A DNA stretch of 64,000 nt from a virus (Duplodnaviria; Caudoviricetes), in IMG/VR virus record IMGVR_UViG_3300037484_000435, positions 128,001-192,000 of that record. The stretch is one strand, 5' to 3'. The notes beneath the pieces are model-generated. The model saw only the letters and a list, made by a program, of their open reading frames with translations. It was not told the origin of the DNA and did no database searches. Made by a program: the position numbers and the translations under genes. Shown piece by piece: positions 8,899 to 16,841 of this stretch. Positions within the stretch are counted from its first letter, which is position 1; the number at the start of each line of letters is the position of its first letter.

Positions 8899-9454
8899 CC
8901 GTTACCTCGTCATCAATAAGACCGTCTGAATCAAGCATATCTTGAACGACATCTCCTTTGGCTTGTACCACTATGGCACCATCCAGCCCGTCTACTTTAT
9001 CTTTCAGTATTGCGGCTCTTGCACACTCTCCAATTTTTGTAAATACATCCAACCCGTAACGAGCAATGATTGCAGAATGTCCTACTATATCGTGTGGTTT
9101 AAGTGCCCACTCGGGATTCCCATCGTCACCAATCTTGTCTTCGCCATCCTTGTCTTTCTTGACAACACAGCTTTCAAGGGCCGAGTCTAGCATTGCGGTT
9201 TGTTCCACTGAGGAAAGTTCATTCCAAAGTTCATACGTGATTAGAAACACATAATCTTTCTCTGTCAACGTATTCCATACGCCCGTTACTCTCTTAACTA
9301 TTGCAACCTGCCCAGATTCTATTTCGGCAGGTGACGCTTTATCCCGATACAAAAAGACCATACTCGCTGTCGCAATTTCTGTGTGGTATTTACCTATCAG
9401 TTCCTCTGCTAAATCCGTAATTTCTTTTCCTGCTGTCCAAAATTCCATTCTCAT
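8840..9454 (-). CDS. phage putative metallopeptidase-like protein lacking HExxH
   Basis: FLYRDKA..DYVFLI..WNEL..QTAMLDSALES..W.LKPHD..IIARYG resembles the family pattern; the HELxH position reads SALES. Confidence 0.55.
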   Translation of the reverse strand: MRMEFWTAGKEITDLAEELIGKYHTEIATASMVFLYRDKASPAEIESGQVAIVKRVTGVWNTLTEKDYVFLITYELWNELSSVEQTAMLDSALESCVVKKDKDGEDKIGDDGNPEWALKPHDIVGHSAIIARYGLDVFTKIGECARAAILKDKVDGLDGAIVVQAKGDVVQDMLDSDGLIDDEVTDDKRADGGTKRSRKTKKGS

Positions 9455-9500
9455 TCTCCTTTTGTCGTATTTTTTTATCTACGCATAAAATCATCTCTAT

Positions 9501-9530
9501 ACTATATAACTAGTACACAAATCCATCTCT
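9501..9530 (-). promoter_or_regulatory. conserved 30-bp promoter/operator-like motif, copy 1
   Basis: minus strand AGAGATGGATTTGTGTACTAGTTATATAGT; 4 near-identical copies in window. Confidence 0.7.
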
Positions 9531-9702
9531 ATTTATCATCCGTATAAAATTCATCAACATCATGACACCCGCTACGTAACATACGTTGCCAATTTAAAGC
9601 TTCCAAAGCCAATTCAAAATAATCAGCTTCATCATCGTAGTCCACAGATATTCTTCTAAAAAAGTCCATAGCCTCAACAATTTTTTCTCTTGTGGTTTTC
9701 AT
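9529..9702 (-). CDS. small hypothetical protein (57 aa)
   Basis: Hand-translated MKTTREKIVEAMDF...; GAGG SD; stop overlaps motif copy 1. Confidence 0.6.
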   Translation of the reverse strand: MKTTREKIVEAMDFFRRISVDYDDEADYFELALEALNWQRMLRSGCHDVDEFYTDDK

Positions 9703-9707
9703 ATACC

Positions 9708-9977
9708 TCAGATATCCTCCTCGTCATAATCGGACGTAGGTTCATCTTCTTCTTCTTCTTCCACTTCCCTTATTATATCGGGAGCTCCACGGCGATTAGA
9801 CTCCCCACAAAAAGGACAAAACCACACCCCGTCCTCGCCGTCACCAAACCTACCATTAAATCCTATACCCACATCTCTGCTTTCTTGGTCTGGCTCAATG
9901 GAGTCTGGGTGCCGGATAACTGAAAATATACCGTCACAATTACCACAATAAAGTTTTGTTAATTCGGTTATTTCCAT
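9708..9977 (-). CDS. small Zn-ribbon protein with acidic tail
   Basis: CGNC..CPFC, EEEEEDE tail, GGAGG SD. Confidence 0.65.
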   Translation of the reverse strand: MEITELTKLYCGNCDGIFSVIRHPDSIEPDQESRDVGIGFNGRFGDGEDGVWFCPFCGESNRRGAPDIIREVEEEEEDEPTSDYDEEDI

Positions 9978-9993
9978 TTCCTTGGTTCCTCCT

Positions 9994-10206
9994 TTAATCC
10001 CACTCTAACGTGCAATCAATACCATCAAGGGTACCATCCAATATTTCCTCTGCCCTCTTTAGTCTTCTACTTCGTTCTGGATTAGACCCATCGTCTTCTT
10101 TTACCATGGCACGAATTTTAAAATATGCTGTAGAGACTATCTTCCTGTATTCCCCTATCGACCTCATTCTTTTTTCCTCCCCCTCAACAAAATTCCTAGA
10201 AAACAC
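9994..10206 (-). CDS. hypothetical protein (likely start MRSIGEY)
   Basis: ORF track; G-rich SD before internal ATG. Confidence 0.55.
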   Translation of the reverse strand: MFSRNFVEGEEKRMRSIGEYRKIVSTAYFKIRAMVKEDDGSNPERSRRLKRAEEILDGTLDGIDCTLEWD

Positions 10207-10300
10207 CCCCCTTCTTCCTTCATCTGATGGTTGTTTTCCAAAAAATCCGTTGTAATAAATTCATCTGTCTTCGCAATAAATATTAACCATTTTATTTCAC

Positions 10301-10597
10301 CTAAGGTTTGCATACTAACTCCTTTGCTTCCTCGATATACCGTTGTACAAACTCATCAAATATAGGACCTTCAACAACGCGGGCCCTCATGGTTTTAAAG
10401 TCATCCTCAAGCCACTCAGATGATGCCTCACTAACCATTGTATCGATGTAATCAATCGCCATTAAGGTGAGGGCTTTTTTATACACCCTCAAATTAACAA
10501 AATTTTTCTCTCTCATACAAATTAAAGGCTCAGAAATAGAACCTACTAACGTTGCTGGTATTTCTTCACTACACATACTAATCTCCGAATTTAGCAT
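10301..10597 (-). CDS. hypothetical protein
   Basis: ORF track, operon context. Confidence 0.55.
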   Translation of the reverse strand: MLNSEISMCSEEIPATLVGSISEPLICMREKNFVNLRVYKKALTLMAIDYIDTMVSEASSEWLEDDFKTMRARVVEGPIFDEFVQRYIEEAKELVCKP

Positions 10598-10772
10598 CTA
10601 ACCGTTTGACTTCTTGAAGAGCTATCATTGCCCTCATACCATCGCCGCCTTCAATCCATTTTCCAGCTTGGTCTTGCAAGGCCGTCCGTATCTCTGGGTA
10701 CTCTTCCGCGGAACAATTTACCAATTTACCTTGGTATACTGCATTTAATGCTTGAATAATATAATCCAACAT
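10578..10772 (-). CDS. hypothetical protein
   Basis: ORF track, GGAGG SD. Confidence 0.55.
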   Translation of the reverse strand: MLDYIIQALNAVYQGKLVNCSAEEYPEIRTALQDQAGKWIEGGDGMRAMIALQEVKRLDAKFGD

Positions 10773-11414
10773 TTAACCTCCGAACTCCTTCCCCAGCTCC
10801 CATATCAGCTTCTGTGTATCTTCAGCCAGCTTATCGTAAGTCTCGTATACCTTTCCGACTTTGGTCCCTAGGTTACTGAGGTCAGCCATAAAGTCATCCC
10901 AAGTTTTATAACGGAACTGGTGTCCTGACACATGGTTTATATCCTTAAATTTCTGTTCAGGAAAACAAGTGTAGGTTACATGCACATTGGTATCATCACC
11001 GAACGTGTTTACTCCTGAAGCACTATTCGTAAATACTATTTCTAATCGGCCCCCGTCGTTCCGCAACTCAATAACAAAACGAAAGTTGTACATGTTAAGA
11101 AAACCACCTGTACTACTAATCCTAGGCCTTCCTAGATTGACATCTGTTACCATGAACAATGCTAGGTTATCAATGCCACTGTGGTGGAGCCCTAAATAAT
11201 TGGGGTGCTCCCTTGTAATGGTTTCATTTATTTTGTCAGCTATATGTTGAGCTAGATTATCTAGCACCTCAACAACCTGCCCCAGAGATAATTTTTGTTC
11301 TTCAGTTTTGCTCATTTTGTTTCCTCTATAACCCTGCCTTTCGCAGGTGGTAATGTAGTGTGGATTCAGGGATTCCCAAAAATCGATGAACCTGTTTCCA
11401 AGTAGATAATTCAC
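10773..11414 (-). CDS. hypothetical protein (likely start MSKTEE)
   Basis: ORF track; annotated N-terminus overlaps upstream HEG. Confidence 0.6.
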   Translation of the reverse strand: MNYLLGNRFIDFWESLNPHYITTCERQGYRGNKMSKTEEQKLSLGQVVEVLDNLAQHIADKINETITREHPNYLGLHHSGIDNLALFMVTDVNLGRPRISSTGGFLNMYNFRFVIELRNDGGRLEIVFTNSASGVNTFGDDTNVHVTYTCFPEQKFKDINHVSGHQFRYKTWDDFMADLSNLGTKVGKVYETYDKLAEDTQKLIWELGKEFGG

Positions 11415-12318
11415 TTTTTAGTTGTAAGAGGAATTCCCTCTCATACCTCAAACTATTCTTTTTAATTTCGTTATCCTGATATGCCTTTTTAATGTTTTCA
11501 AATTCTTTATACTTTCTATCCAAATGTAATGTAGAATTTTTCCACATAATCTCTCCTAGGGCCAACACCGAACCCCAAGAATGCAAGTGGAGAACGTGGG
11601 TTCGAGGAGACTGCTGGTAAGAATAACAAACCACATCTAAAACATTAGTGAGATAGTCTTTTAATTGCTGAATAAAAATTGGGTTACTGGCAAAATGCAA
11701 CACTGGTAATCCCGTTTTGTCCCTCCCTATATGTCCGTCACCGTCAAAATAACCTCTGATAAAATGTGGAAGCAATTCTTTTGGCAAAAAATAAGGAAAA
11801 GTAATTTTCAAGGCTTTAGGAGACAAACACCCTAGACCTTCTAGTTTTTCTATGATGTTCTTGCTAGAAATAACTAACGTAACTTGGTACGACAGAAAAC
11901 CCTTTTTTGTTACCTTAGTATCGTAGTATAACGGCCTTGGGCACGACAGGCACTCTTGGATTTCATGTAGCAACGCTTCGTCCTTTGCTCCCAAGGCAAT
12001 GCGTAACATGTACCTTTGTTTAGATTCATTTTTCGAAACATAGCCGTCAGCATAAATAAAACCTAATATATAGGCTTTTTTCTCGTGGTCTATCTCATCA
12101 AAAAAAGATTCATCAAGTGGGTACTTACGGCACTCTTTACTTCCTGCCCTCCGCGGTATTCCCAATTCCACCAAGGTATCCCACACGAATTTTTCAGACA
12201 ATTTGTGTGTCTCTGCAAGCATTTTGATTGTTGAGCCAGATATGTATTCTGTTGCTAATACTGGCTTTATGCCCTCATAAAATTTTCTAGAGTGTAATGT
12301 TCTCATTGCGTCCTCCAA
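11326..12318 (-). CDS. free-standing LAGLIDADG homing endonuclease (likely start ATG 12306)
   Basis: KAYILGFIYADG and HFIRGYFDGDG motifs; terminal HTH-like segments. Confidence 0.9.
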   Translation of the reverse strand: MEDAMRTLHSRKFYEGIKPVLATEYISGSTIKMLAETHKLSEKFVWDTLVELGIPRRAGSKECRKYPLDESFFDEIDHEKKAYILGFIYADGYVSKNESKQRYMLRIALGAKDEALLHEIQECLSCPRPLYYDTKVTKKGFLSYQVTLVISSKNIIEKLEGLGCLSPKALKITFPYFLPKELLPHFIRGYFDGDGHIGRDKTGLPVLHFASNPIFIQQLKDYLTNVLDVVCYSYQQSPRTHVLHLHSWGSVLALGEIMWKNSTLHLDRKYKEFENIKKAYQDNEIKKNSLRYEREFLLQLKSELSTWKQVHRFLGIPESTLHYHLRKAGL

Positions 12319-12349
12319 TATACTAGGTAATGGTATAGTATATAGAAGG
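12312..12349 (-). promoter_or_regulatory. RBS-sequestering hairpin upstream of LAGLIDADG gene
   Basis: CCTTC-T-ATATACTA pairs with TAGTATAT-T-GGAGG, burying the SD. Confidence 0.6.
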
Positions 12350-12357
12350 TTAGTAAA

Positions 12358-13194
12358 TCACACATCCATTTCTTCTTTCAAGTCAAAATAAAATGAGGGT
12401 GAGAGGGGCTCTACCAAATCCCAAATCATCCAAATCAATCTACGGAGTTCACTCTCAGTATCCGCCCGCAAACGCTCATCAAAAATGTGGCGGAGTGAAC
12501 GGACATTAACCCACATGGTTCTTTCGGTGGAAGAGAATACAGGGATAACCCCCCGTGCTTGTTCTTTTGTCATCGGAACATACTCAGACTTAGTTTTATC
12601 CCACTCCTCTGGAGTACACCCTGTTCCCTTTACGGAGGGCTGGGGAGAACGAAGATATTCGTAGAAATTTTGGCAACTCCTAAAATGCTTGCTCCAGCTC
12701 TGGTATCTCTCCCTAGCAAAATCCTCGTAATCAATATTATCAAGTATAGGGTATACGTAAGCAGGCCCAGCTGTTACAAAACGGCGACTACGACTGATAT
12801 GACCAGAATGCCTGTATCTACTTAACTGAGCTCCCGCTGCCTTGCTTAACCCTTTTATATTTATTGCATACTGAACTATTTCAAATGGCGTAAAATGCTT
12901 CTGACTAATAAGTTTCTTATTTAACTTTATAGCTCGCTCACTATCATTCTCTAGTTTTTCTGTAGCACCGTAGCTTACTCCAGCGGATATTGCTGGTAGT
13001 TGTTCTATTTCTTCCCATCCTATAAACCCATCTTTATCCACGGATTCACACCGATTAATATAACCAAACCCCGGCATAATTATTTTATTCACTGGCATGG
13101 TAATAGCCCGTAGCTCCACTGAAGGCTCCGAATTTCCAAAGAGACCCTTTCGAAGAGGTTTCCACTTGTCTTTTACACGCTCAAACTTTGGCAT
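12358..13194 (-). CDS. thyX: FAD-dependent thymidylate synthase ThyX (divergent)
   Basis: KHFTPFE, QLSRYRHSGHISRSRRF (RHRx7S variant), EQARGVIP, NVRSLRHIFDERL, ESELR. Confidence 0.8.
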   Translation of the reverse strand: MPKFERVKDKWKPLRKGLFGNSEPSVELRAITMPVNKIIMPGFGYINRCESVDKDGFIGWEEIEQLPAISAGVSYGATEKLENDSERAIKLNKKLISQKHFTPFEIVQYAINIKGLSKAAGAQLSRYRHSGHISRSRRFVTAGPAYVYPILDNIDYEDFARERYQSWSKHFRSCQNFYEYLRSPQPSVKGTGCTPEEWDKTKSEYVPMTKEQARGVIPVFSSTERTMWVNVRSLRHIFDERLRADTESELRRLIWMIWDLVEPLSPSFYFDLKEEMDV

Positions 13195-13408
13195 CTTTAA
13201 TCACCTCTAGTTCTGTGAAGTTTATAACAATTTTGTCGATACAGCCGTTTGCTATAAAAAAATCATAGATAAGACTTCTCAATTCTTCCCTATCTCTTTG
13301 AAATACCATAGGACCATCATCTACAGGGGTAATCTCCACTACTGATTTATCTGTCCTCTCCCATTTTAAGTATTTCCCTTTGTCGTCAACTCTCTCAAAC
13401 TTCGCCAT
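13181..13408 (-). CDS. hypothetical protein
   Basis: ORF track; N-terminus MAKFERV resembles that of ThyX. Confidence 0.55.
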   Translation of the reverse strand: MAKFERVDDKGKYLKWERTDKSVVEITPVDDGPMVFQRDREELRSLIYDFFIANGCIDKIVINFTELEVIKDAKV

Positions 13409-13559
13409 TATATTCCCCCCAACCTATAAAAACCGCACCACTGGGAAATGTCTTAATGAATACAGAGCCGGGCTTAATCTCCCCTATACCTCTTTTCTGG
13501 CTTTCTTCGCTAATTTTTATAGCCTCACTAACAGTTAAATTACATTCAAACTTTTCCAT
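13395..13559 (-). CDS. small hypothetical protein (54 aa, MEKFECN...)
   Basis: Hand-translated; fills the gap; weak SD. Confidence 0.4.
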   Translation of the reverse strand: MEKFECNLTVSEAIKISEESQKRGIGEIKPGSVFIKTFPSGAVFIGWGEYNGEV

Positions 13560-13950
13560 TTCTTTTTGCTAACGCCTCCTCTATAATCCGCTGCTCTTCC
13601 TTAATTAACTTTAACAATACTTCAATAAAGGGTTCCTTTGGGTACCACAGGGTATTGAATTCCCGCCCACCTATACGTTCGTTGAGTAGAATGCAGAGCA
13701 CAGGCTCTAACCAATAATCTTTTTCTGTGTAATTGTACCTGTAAACTATCTCACCTGTTTTTAGGTTTTTTATTACCCAGCCATTGTATTCATCATTGTA
13801 ATCTAGCTCATAATCTCCGACCACCGCTAGGTGAGAACCCTCCCCATATTTTTCGTAACCGTCCTTCCACTCAAGGTAAAACGCGGAGTGGAAAAGCATC
13901 TCTGGTAAACAAAAACCTTTCCATAGCTGTTTGTAGTCTACTGATTCCAT
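13546..13950 (-). CDS. hypothetical protein
   Basis: ORF track, operon context. Confidence 0.6.
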   Translation of the reverse strand: MESVDYKQLWKGFCLPEMLFHSAFYLEWKDGYEKYGEGSHLAVVGDYELDYNDEYNGWVIKNLKTGEIVYRYNYTEKDYWLEPVLCILLNERIGGREFNTLWYPKEPFIEVLLKLIKEEQRIIEEALAKRNGKV

Positions 13951-13954
13951 TCTT

Positions 13955-14299
13955 TTATTTTCCTCTTGACTCTATTACTAGTCCGTGTTTTTCATTATCC
14001 CAACATGCAACATCTCTTTCTGGATTAAATCCCTCTTCTCGTTTTAGTCTCTCTACTTCGTGATGCCACTTATCCATTTCTTCTTCTGCATCTCTAACTT
14101 TCTGAGTTTCCATTGTAGACCACTCCTCAGGATACTCTACTCTACACTTACCGTCTGAAGGGCAAAAATCTCTACAGAATTTAGCTGAAAGAGCATAGTG
14201 ATCCCTGTCATCAAGATATATGTCGCCTGGCATAGGGTCTGATTCTACCGCACACAAAGCTACTCTTGTTCCATTAACATCCCTTAATCTAATTGCCAT
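13955..14299 (-). CDS. hypothetical protein
   Basis: ORF track, operon context. Confidence 0.6.
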   Translation of the reverse strand: MAIRLRDVNGTRVALCAVESDPMPGDIYLDDRDHYALSAKFCRDFCPSDGKCRVEYPEEWSTMETQKVRDAEEEMDKWHHEVERLKREEGFNPERDVACWDNEKHGLVIESRGK

Positions 14300-14450
14300 A
14301 CGCCCTCACCATACTCCACAGCTCGGAGTATCCTTTCTTTCTTAGTTCTTTGTATTTGCACGGAGGGCACATATACTCCTCTCCACTATAAATAAAATCT
14401 CCCCACAAATGCCCGCAACATACACACCTTACTTGTTCAAACCTTGCCAT
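14289..14450 (-). CDS. small Zn-finger protein (53 aa, MARFEQVRCVCC..CPPC)
   Basis: Hand-translated; TAATG coupling with upstream gene. Confidence 0.55.
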   Translation of the reverse strand: MARFEQVRCVCCGHLWGDFIYSGEEYMCPPCKYKELRKKGYSELWSMVRAYGN

Positions 14451-14695
14451 TATTTTATTTCCTTATACTTTTCTGTCTTCTTGTCCCACTTAAAACGTCT
14501 TTTCTTAAACTCATGGGACGGCTCTAACGGCGGTAATTCTATCGCGGGAGGGGCTACTGTTGTTACAGGCTCCTTGTAATGTTTATTAAACTCCTCTGCT
14601 ATTACTTTATCATTCGCACGAATTTTACTGGCACATCCCGCAAGCAACAACGGTAATAATAAATAAAGTATCCATTCAAACCTTACCCTTTTCAT
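14450..14695 (-). CDS. predicted lipoprotein
   Basis: Basic N-terminus, hydrophobic LYLLLPLLL, lipobox LAGC. Confidence 0.65.
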   Translation of the reverse strand: MKRVRFEWILYLLLPLLLAGCASKIRANDKVIAEEFNKHYKEPVTTVAPPAIELPPLEPSHEFKKRRFKWDKKTEKYKEIK

Positions 14696-14877
14696 TTTAC
14701 CCTAATGTAACCCCACAGTTTAATCGGACCCAAATATAACCTAAAAGCTGGCATACCAGACCAATAACGAAGAGAGCATCCTAACGCAATTTGGTAAGGG
14801 AATATTGTAATTCCTACCCCACCAAATTTACTGTGTAAGTCATACTCAATTGCTTTCATTATTCCAACAGCCCTCAT
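14692..14877 (-). CDS. hypothetical protein
   Basis: ORF track. Confidence 0.5.
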   Translation of the reverse strand: MRAVGIMKAIEYDLHSKFGGVGITIFPYQIALGCSLRYWSGMPAFRLYLGPIKLWGYIRVK

Positions 14878-15055
14878 GATGATTGTAACTGTTGTGGGCT
14901 TTGCACTTGTAACAGATTCGATAGCTACCTATATGGTCGCTGTCTTCTCGCCACTCGTGGTCACACTTGGATACTCTTTCTGCGTGTTCCTGTGCTTCTA
15001 ACTTCTCTAGTCGTGCTTTTAATTGTTTTATTTCCGTACGTCTTTCAGGTCCCAT
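14846..15055 (-). CDS. small Cys/His protein
   Basis: CDHEW..CYKC. Confidence 0.55.
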   Translation of the reverse strand: MGPERRTEIKQLKARLEKLEAQEHAERVSKCDHEWREDSDHIGSYRICYKCKAHNSYNHHEGCWNNESN

Positions 15056-15256
15056 TTATAACCTCACATAATCACCCACATCATTAAAATAATAGAGAGG
15101 GTCATATTTTTGCTTCATAACTTTTTGGCATTCATCACATTCTGCATATTGAGCAATATACAAACCCAACCTTTTACGGCCACATTCCGAGCAGACCCCG
15201 AATACTCCATCAAACATTTCTTCTGTTAATTCTTTTGTTGTATTAAACTCTGACAT
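15056..15256 (-). CDS. small Zn-finger protein
   Basis: CSEC..CDEC. Confidence 0.55.
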   Translation of the reverse strand: MSEFNTTKELTEEMFDGVFGVCSECGRKRLGLYIAQYAECDECQKVMKQKYDPLYYFNDVGDYVRL

Positions 15257-15438
15257 GTCATTACCTCACCCTTTTTATAGCATTCCTTTCCATTTTCCAT
15301 ATAAATGGTTCCGCATTTATTACAACGAACGTCGAGTAGCCTACTCTCGATAAACCAAGAGTTCGGTATACTTATTTTTGTCCCACAGTCACAAATCAGA
15401 ACTCTGCAACGGCGGGGTATGTCATCATAGAATTGCAT
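15226..15438 (-). CDS. small Zn-ribbon protein
   Basis: CDCG..CNKCG. Confidence 0.55.
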   Translation of the reverse strand: MQFYDDIPRRCRVLICDCGTKISIPNSWFIESRLLDVRCNKCGTIYMENGKECYKKGEVMTCQSLIQQKN

Positions 15439-15785
15439 TATTCAGATTTCTCCTGTCTCTTAACCGCTTCAAACTCTTCCTTGGTACGAATGTAATGCCT
15501 ATATGGGTATGATTCCCAGTCGGCCCACATTCTAGGGTCTAGTATTCCGCGGTAGGGGTCACACCTCCAACAGTAAGCTTCCTTTCGTCCATAAGCCCTT
15601 TCATCACCACCAAGAGATTTCTGAAATACACTATCCGTAGAACCACACCTACAACAAGTTGGCTTTTTTAACCACTCTTGATAATCCTCTTCCTCCCGCT
15701 GTTCCCGTCGTATTCTCTCTTCTTCCATATGAGAATCAAAACGCTTGGACAGTGAACGTCTATGTAGCCAATCTAATAGTCCCAT
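15438..15785 (-). CDS. Zn-finger hypothetical protein
   Basis: CCRCG..CWRC. Confidence 0.55.
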   Translation of the reverse strand: MGLLDWLHRRSLSKRFDSHMEEERIRREQREEEDYQEWLKKPTCCRCGSTDSVFQKSLGGDERAYGRKEAYCWRCDPYRGILDPRMWADWESYPYRHYIRTKEEFEAVKRQEKSE

Positions 15786-16124
15786 CAGTTTTCCTCTGTT
15801 AGTTTAAAAATATCACCATAAGATATTTTTTCCCGTGTTGTCTTATACATCATGTACCCCCCCCCCAAACTTTGGTTGAGTAATACAGTAAATCATTCTG
15901 TTGCATTTCCTGCACAACATCTGCCCTAGGTAAGGTTTCAAATCATGCTGACACTTCTTATTTTCGATTTCTTTTTCCATTCCTTACCTCTTCTTCCTCT
16001 TTTATCTGTGCCGATCTTAGCATCAATAGTTCATGGATAATATTTTCTCTAGGTAATTTTATTTTCTCTTCTGGCTTACATTCTTTCAAATAATTCTTCG
16101 TTTCATATCTCATTTGTTTCTCCA

Positions 16125-16424
16125 TTACCACTCTTCTTTAATTTCCCAATCTTCCGCCAGTATATCCGCTCGGCTTAGTTGGTCCTCGTTCCACTCCAAA
16201 AGCCACTTACCCGTTGTTTCGTCATAATTATTCGACTCAAAGAACACTAATGCCTCCTCGTCGTAATCGCTGTCCCACAACCTAATACGCATCCATATAG
16301 ACCACGGAGTCGCGGAGCTTCGATCAGGATAAGGGCGGTCATGGTCATCTTCGCAATAATATGACCGGTGATATGCCACAACACCATTGGTAATCACTTC
16401 ATGCAATGCTTCTTGGAAGTTCAT
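16125..16424 (-). CDS. DUF2829-like phage protein (start MNFQEAL)
   Basis: MNFQEAL start and C-terminal W..Q..ADILAEDWEI; ATGA overlap with upstream gene. Confidence 0.55.
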   Translation of the reverse strand: MNFQEALHEVITNGVVAYHRSYYCEDDHDRPYPDRSSATPWSIWMRIRLWDSDYDEEALVFFESNNYDETTGKWLLEWNEDQLSRADILAEDWEIKEEW

Positions 16425-16795
16425 TGGCTCGCCCCAGCGGAATCTGGTATTACTGACTTGATTCCGTAAAGTACACATTCCCATTTCTGCAAATCTTCGT
16501 GCCACTTTGCTTGAAAACTCACACCACATCTGGAACAGTTACACCTGTTCCAAAAAGTCTTCGCCATTAAAGTAGAGCCCCAGCCTTCGCCCCCGCAATT
16601 GGGGCACCGCTGTTCATCTAGCCAAACCTCATTACTACGGTCTCGATGTTGATACAGGACCCGACTCAATTTATCTGTCGCAGATTTTTCCTCCTCGTTC
16701 GGCTCCACATACAACACAGAGGAGAGACCACTCCCCTTCCTAACCCACTCCAAGATTAAATCTGTTTCCTTCTCTGTAAATATAATATTTTCCAT
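16421..16795 (-). CDS. Zn-ribbon hypothetical protein
   Basis: CPNCGG..CSRCG; GAGGGAGAGG SD. Confidence 0.6.
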   Translation of the reverse strand: MENIIFTEKETDLILEWVRKGSGLSSVLYVEPNEEEKSATDKLSRVLYQHRDRSNEVWLDEQRCPNCGGEGWGSTLMAKTFWNRCNCSRCGVSFQAKWHEDLQKWECVLYGIKSVIPDSAGASQ

Positions 16796-16841
16796 TATAC
16801 CTCTCCCTCAAAACTTACTGTATATTTTATTCCCATCGTTT

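Noticed and set aside
9680-15850. Shared heptapeptide KTTREKI in the 57-aa ORF at 9702 and the possible 22-aa ORF near 15850
   Set aside because: Too short and codon-divergent to distinguish from chance without a statistical test.
16421-16529. Long dual-frame overlaps between ORFs (also 62560-62679, 24402-24482, 10773/11326)
   Set aside because: Most disappear when the downstream in-frame ATG with a proper SD or ATGA coupling is used.
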